Assembly (NCBI GenBank): GCA_964016885.1 | Contig: OZ024740.1 | Span: forward strand, 380,680,001-380,744,000 | Reading direction: 5' to 3' | Source: Eledone cirrhosa | Lineage: Eukaryota | Length of the DNA stretch: 64,000 bases | Shown here: one piece after another, positions 57,547 to 64,000 of the stretch | Numbering within the stretch: the stretch's first letter is position 1 | Layout of the letters: the number at the start of each line of letters is the position of its first letter | Translations under genes and position numbers: made by a program | The notes under the pieces: generated by a model | The model's input: the letters and a program-made list of their open reading frames with translations, nothing else | Database searches by the model: none | Told to the model about the DNA's origin: nothing

Positions 57547-59483
57547 AATAATGGTCTGTTTCTCAGAGCTGGATGGTTACATGCTACCTTCATTCAGGGA
57601 CTCTTGGCTCATTTGTCTTCCATGTTGTGTCCAACTCCCCAAACCCCGCACTACAACTACGGCCAGTCTGTCTTGTCCAAAACATCAGTTCTCTGGTATC
57701 GTTCCTTCTAACTCATCTCTTCATGTAGAAGACAACATAAAACAATTTAAGCAGAACACCAACGGCATCAAACCCTTAGGTCTCAGTGAGCCTATAAAGT
57801 TAATAAATACTGTATTTCCATCCACCATAACTCACTTTTAAATAAAAATTAGGTTATATGAAATAAATTTCAGTAACTAAGGAATGTTGATGGAAAAGAA
57901 ATGGTACGACAGAATCGAAATATCATCTGGGAGTCCCAAACCATTGTGACGTTCGAAGTGGGTTTTGCTTGACCGATAAAATAATCTTTCTCTGTTTTAT
58001 CTCATACCCAAAACTTATTATAGAATCAGGAACCAGGACTCTTTCCAGTTTTCGGGCTTGTCTATACTATTTAAGTATCTTTGTTAATAAATAAACTTCA
58101 TTGGCAACGATCGATTGGATTTTCAAACAAATAGGACTTAGTAAAACAGCTTTAATATTCTGGAACTAATGTAGCTTAGAAGAAGAAAGCAACTACTTTA
58201 TTTTTAATACATTCGCTTCTTAACAACCTTAATATCCGACTAAATCGCATTCATAACATTCTTATATCAATCAGTGAAAGAAAATCTTATTTATTATACA
58301 AACGAAGATACATATTTACATTCCTTGTAAGTGAACCATTCAATATTCTTTAGGTATTTATATCTACATAGCTAAACAGGACAACATTTCGTTAAATCAC
58401 TTTAATCAAGTAGTACTGTTTTTCCCGAGTGTCTATCATTGGTGGTTAAATGACCCGGTGCAATTTACTTCGCAGAAACCTGGGTAAAAATAAACTAATA
58501 AACAGTTTCTCTTTAACACTGACATCTGGAACATAAAATAAACTTGGCAATACACACCTACCCCTACTTGATTTCTATAAATGGGTGTAAGTGACCTATA
58601 TTTTCCCATCCGCGACAAAATGTTGCATGCAAATATTTTTTATCCTTTTTAATTTGTGAACTGAACGATCTCCCGAGAATTTTGAATGCATAAAACCAGT
58701 TCGAGAACCGATGATTCTTTGATTAGTTGTTTCTGTCAAAGTAACTAAAAGCTCAATTTACATCGCAATAGTTTAAAGACAATTTCCAAAGGCTTATATG
58801 TAAAAATAACTTTTAATTTTCTAGACCTACATTTAGAGATATCCTTTATATTTCGCCGTAACTTGTTTGTTTGTTTACTCCAGGGAAACAAACATTAGTA
58901 ATGTGTTCCGACTAAGAAGATTTCAAGACTTTTGTTCAAGATGAAAGATAAAGAATTAACTTAAAAAAATATTTAGAAATAAAAGAAATAATAATCTCTT
59001 CGAATACTATTTATTACACAACAGAGAGAGGCAGAGATTAAATGTGCATATATTACCACAGAGCTGAAGTTTACAGATAATGTTTATTTAGCTAACTGTG
59101 GGTTCTACATAGTCTCATTCAAGTAAAATATAATGTTACTACTGTTTCACGACTTTATATTAATGATTTTGACATATATATAATATTTGAGTGCAGACTC
59201 CTTACATAGCATTTATCGTGTGTTTTCCAGCTTGATAGCAGATACTTCCAGCAAAAATATTATATAAATAACCATTTAAAATAGACTATTTTGTGGACCA
59301 TTCCATTAATGGTTTACAAAGGATCCCCTACTAACAACACTGGTTGATACGTTGCAAGCAACACGAAAGTAGAATGTGACATGCTTTCTTTTCCACTCCA
59401 CTGTTTTATAGCATCATTATTGTATGTCTAAGAAAGGCATGAACGCCACAATCTTTCCATTTCATTCCCTAATCATTTTAGAT

Positions 59484-59700
59484 GTGGAGGCACGTGGCCT
59501 AATCATAATGTCGTGGGTTCGATTCCTGGGCCACGTTGCTCCAGTATACTCAGCTGAAAATTAGTACCAGCAATAGCCGGAGTTTTAACCCTGCGATGGA
59601 CTGGCGTCCTGTCCAGGTGAAAATCGTGTACTCTCAGTCGCTTCACGCCATGAAACCAGGATAAGCACCGACCAAATGAGCCCTCTAGATTAAGACAGAA
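59484..59700 (+). mobile_element. SINE family B-related copy with internal deletions
   Basis: ggaggcacgtggccta..gggttcgattcct B-box; gttgctccagt; aaccctgcgatggactggcgtcctgtccagg segment seen in several animal SINE families. Confidence 0.65.
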
Positions 59701-59735
59701 GAATCATTTTAGAGTTCATGAATACGAAAGTAATT

Positions 59736-59820
<85 letters not shown>

Positions 59821-59844
59821 CTCTCTCTATAAATATATATATAT

Positions 59845-61171
59845 ACTTGAAAATGTGAAGAATAACATGGTCAACAGTATAAAAAAGGGAAATTTATTTA
59901 CAGTCTAATAATTGTTTCTCTGATTGAGTTGTCTAAAAATTGCTGAACACTAGAAGCAGTGCCACTCAATTTTAAATACGATGCTAGCTCAATCATGTCA
60001 TCAGCAACTGTTATAAAAAATATATAACCGGAAAATATACAAATTCAAATTACAGCATCAATAATAATATTAGTAATAAAGATAGAGAGAGGAAAACAAG
60101 AAAGAAGGAGAGATAGATAGAGGAAAGAAAGAAAGAAAAATGAAAAATAAAAAGACGAAGAGACAGAAAAAGAAAAAGAAAAAGAAAAAGAAAAAGAAAA
60201 AGGAGAAATGAAAACAGAGTAAGATATAGAGAGAAAACAGATTTAGAGAAAGGAGGTGAGAAAGAGGGGAGAAAAGGATATAGGAGAAATGATGTAAGAG
60301 AAAACAAGAGAGATAGAGGGAAAATAATGATATCAACAATAAATGAATAAATGTTAATACATGAATAAATGTAAATAAATAAATGAATAAATAAACAAAT
60401 TATATCGAGTATGATACAAAATATGAAATATGAAAATATGAAAATATGAAAATATGAAAATAAATAAGTAAAAATGTGCGAAGAAATTTAAACATATTAA
60501 GATTATTGAAAGTGGTTAACATATAGAGAGATGCGAAGGTATAAATATGATGAAGTTAAATATATTGGTTATTTTAATAAATTAATTATATAATTAATTA
60601 ATTATTTGATTAATTAGTTGCATGTTATATTATAAGTGAAAATGATATGATGAGATAAAATACTAGAGATAAAATAAATTTAGGGAGAGAAATAGAGATA
60701 GAAAGATAGAGATATTTAAAATAAGAATGTAAATATAAGAGGTTTTGATGTTGGTTCATTGATAGATGGTGACAATTATAACAATAATGATGATGATGTG
60801 ATATTATAATAGATCTAAGTGGTACAATCTGGGTTATGGAATAGATAAGATGAATTAAGCTGGTCTAAAGTTCTCAAATTTGGTCGCCGTTTTATGCCTA
60901 CAGTAAATAGTTCTTTCAATTTTACAGTTACGTAGCATTTTGTTGTAATTTAAAATTTGGAAAAGCTCCATATTACAAAGACCACAGTGGGACATGCCAA
61001 TTCGATAGGCCGTTGCTGTTGATAGCTTCGCCCAGCTGATTTTATATTCCATGTTTGCATCTCTGAGTTGCCAGATATTTTTGGCGAGAGTTGTATTAAT
61101 GAGCTTCCTGTTATTTATAGAGGTGTCTGTGGACATACCACCTTTTCTTAAATTCTCCAGCTGTAGATCCA

Positions 61172-61175
<4 letters not shown>
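59845..61175 (-). mobile_element. 5'-truncated PLE (Naiad-like): GIY-YIG C-terminus, 3' UTR and HHR, bounded by (TA)n
   Basis: TTLAKNIWQLRD..YKISWAKL..AY..CGLCNME..CRHK at 60855-61175; HHR downstream on the same strand. Confidence 0.75.
59900..60011 (-). ncRNA. Type I HHR, canonical core, long stem II insert, slightly decayed stems
   Basis: Minus strand: acagttg-CTGATGA-ca-tgattgag-(insert)-ctcaatca-ga-GAAA-caatta-TT-agactgt. Confidence 0.7.
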
Positions 61176-61233
<58 letters not shown>

Positions 61234-61794
61234 TGCATGTTTTAGTACTACATAAAAACTGAATTAAAACCAACGTTATCAGTATTTAAGCAGAAAATTC
61301 GATTACGGATGCATTATCTAATGTTATTACACAAGTGATATAATTTGACTAGCGATTTGGTACCGATACAGCACTTTTCAGCCAATATCTGCATCTTTAG
61401 ATTCCACTGGTTAGATCATACGCTACACACATTCTACCCAAGAATGTTGGTCCCCTAGAATTCCCTACCAGCACATGGTTTCTTGTAGACGTCAATATGG
61501 AATTGTTCAAGAAGAACAAGTGATATCACTTGTGTTGGGAAACGGGTCTGCAAAGGATAGAGGCACCGTCATTTCCCCTCCCCCCAGACCAAACTAATAA
61601 CACCAGAAGAGAGGCAAGATGTATTCAATCATAGTAGAATTCATCCTGTTCCTTTTCAGTTATCAGTAGTTTTGCACATTCTTAGCGTTAAATAATACAT
61701 GCAATACTGCTGATATTCTCGTTATGGAGTTGTGTTTCTTTTATGTTCATCTTGACTAACTAGCTGGAATATTAGTTTTAGGATATTGTTGATA

Positions 61795-61945
61795 GGTGGT
61801 GAATTGGTCTATTGGTATTCATGAAAAATGCTGCGAAATATTTGTTCCAGCCATTTACGTTCTGAGTTCAAATTCTACAAAGCCAGCTTTGTCTTGCATC
61901 ATTCTATCGTAAATAAAAGAAAACATTAGTCTAGTGCTGGGGTCT
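61795..61945 (+). mobile_element. Decayed SINE family A copy
   Basis: ggtggtgaattgg..tttacgttctgagttcaaattc..ctttgtcttgcatc. Confidence 0.5.
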
Positions 61946-64000
61946 CCCAGGCTTCTTCAACAAAGAAACTACGGTTGAGATTTCCGAACAAATCTTTTAG
62001 TGCTACTTGTATCTCAATGACAGACAAGGGTGAAAACACCAAAAGCTATAGTATTCCTATAGAGAAGAGTGTTTTCGGGTTTTATTAGCTATGAAATACA
62101 TAATACTGTATCAGAACCACATAAATCTTATAATTAATGAGATATGTATTACGTCCATCATCGATTCCGGTCTAGGTCGAGAGGAAAAGTTTTAGTAGTG
62201 TTGTGGCACTTGCCGCTATGTCTATTAAGGATGTTTGTGTTTGTAGTGACAGGTACTATGAGAATTAAAGTTTGTATATGATCTATGTACAACCTGTGAT
62301 AACGAACTTTGTAGTCTATTGGTATTTGTGGGAAGAGATTGGATCCTCAGAATTATAGGCGTACTCAATGATGGCTAGTTTGTATGAAATGTGGCACATG
62401 TGAATACTTTAAGTGTATCTGTGGGACGTTTCTTTTCTTCATAGTGTCTTCTATGAGTGCTATAAATATTGAGTAGGTGTTTTTTGTAACTCTTAGTTTA
62501 TTTATGTTGTTGAGTGTAGTTTGATGGTATTCGATGTTCTCTGTTATGAGAGTATTAGGCTACATGTTGCGTGTATGTGTAGGACGGTCATATTATTGTC
62601 TATTAAAAAGAGGGCATTAGAAAAGGGATGATTCCTTATAGACATAATTTTGGAAATTGTAAATTCTGTTTTTTTTTTTTCGAAAAGAATGGCGTTTAAA
62701 GCTTTACTAATATCAAAGTTGATATTTAGAATAGTGCGTGGGGACGATTTTTATTGTCAAAGCATCATATATTTTTGTATATAATTTTGTATGAGGTGAA
62801 TGTAATAGTCTAAATTCATGATGTGAGTTGAAGGAAAGCGGAATGCACGGAGTGGCAGTGTAATTTAGGGAAATACGTCTAATTAGGTGAAACGTTAAAA
62901 TGTCGCACTAAATGTCTTCCGCTTTTAATTGATTTCGTCACTCTTCAAACTCCGTCAAAATTTAGTTTCCTTTTTACCGATCTTGGGTTGGTAAAAGAAA
63001 TGCCGATAGTAAACTGAAGCCGATTCCATTAATTGAGATTTAGTCTTACGATCGCATAAAGGAAATGTATTTAGGTCATTGGAGCAATTGTATGTATACT
63101 AGCTAGATAATCTCAGATGAGAATATTGGCGGTACTTCAATAAAGTCCCCCAGCCTGCTAGATGTAGCAACTAAATAGTCCCCAAACAACACGCATTAAA
63201 AGATTAAAAGAAAGCATTTAGTATTTTGAATTGAACGTGATTGGTTAGAGCTAATCTGATACAACAATAAAACAATCCGATGATCGTTAGTTTTGATGGG
63301 AAAAAATGCTCCGTGATTTATTACTGATACCTCACAATTCATATTTATGTAATAATAACAAAAATATGACACGCATTCTTTTACTACAAACAATAGCAGT
63401 TAAAAACGTTTCGTTTTAAATTATATGAAATGCAAAGCATGCATAATGATGAGAGCTCAAGAGTTATAAATGAAACCAGAAGCTGGTACGTCTCAGATGA
63501 ACAATAAGATTTATATGGGCGTAAATTGTTAGTTATATAGGGAAAGGAATTGGGAATAAAAATGATACTAGCAGTGAGGATAAATTTGATATTGTAAGTC
63601 TATCACAGCCATAAAGCAATTAAATTTACGCCGCCACACATTACAAGTATGACAGACAATCTATCTTAAATTGTTTTACGGGGTTTATTAATCAAGATTG
63701 ATATGATTATGTGTGTATAGAAAAGTAAGGAAAACTAAGAAATATGCGAAGAAGCAAAAGAGAGAAAGATAGAGGAGGTCATGGGGAGATCGTGGGGAGA
63801 GATGGAGGATAAAGGGACAAGATTTAAACATCCAGAAATGCGTTACATGAGAATTAGTCTATCATAATATAATAAAGTGAAGAGTGCGGGACTGTGTCCT
63901 GAATATATATTTTTATCCCGTTAGTAAAATAATTACTTTGAATAAACAATATTACATAATTTATGTACTAAATTTCGTAGCTGTTGATTAAACATAAATA

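Noticed and set aside
60050-60339. Hydrophobic F/L/S-rich ORFs resembling membrane proteins
   Set aside because: Translation of a low-complexity purine/pyrimidine tract in the PLE 3' UTR
61980-62800. Possible highly decayed PLE RT on the minus strand (likewise LINE-like traces at 7750-8900 and 45500-46650)
   Set aside because: Only faint motif echoes across broken frames; needs a translated HMM search to support

Overview
Very AT-rich, microsatellite-saturated eukaryotic (animal) DNA with no confidently identifiable host gene. The repeat content resembles a coleoid cephalopod (Octopus-like) genome; this is an inference. It contains a decayed Penelope-like retroelement (PLE), a near-complete RTE LINE whose single ORF is broken only by two in-frame TGA codons at Trp-like positions, L1/Tx1 and Ingi/Vingi-like LINE fragments, a PLE GIY-YIG C-terminal fragment and about 20 tRNA-derived SINE copies. 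The main signal is invisible to the ORF track. Almost every non-coding island lodged in a (TA)n tract carries a type I hammerhead ribozyme (HHR) motif: about 25 motif copies from more than 10 unrelated sequence families, read by eye. Many of these islands are built as an inverted arm plus a partial tandem repeat of ~450-700 nt. Several families show U3:A8 core covariation, long stem II insertions, palindromic stem III, or fold-back junctions at the ribozyme. Coordinates were read manually and element boundaries are approximate.
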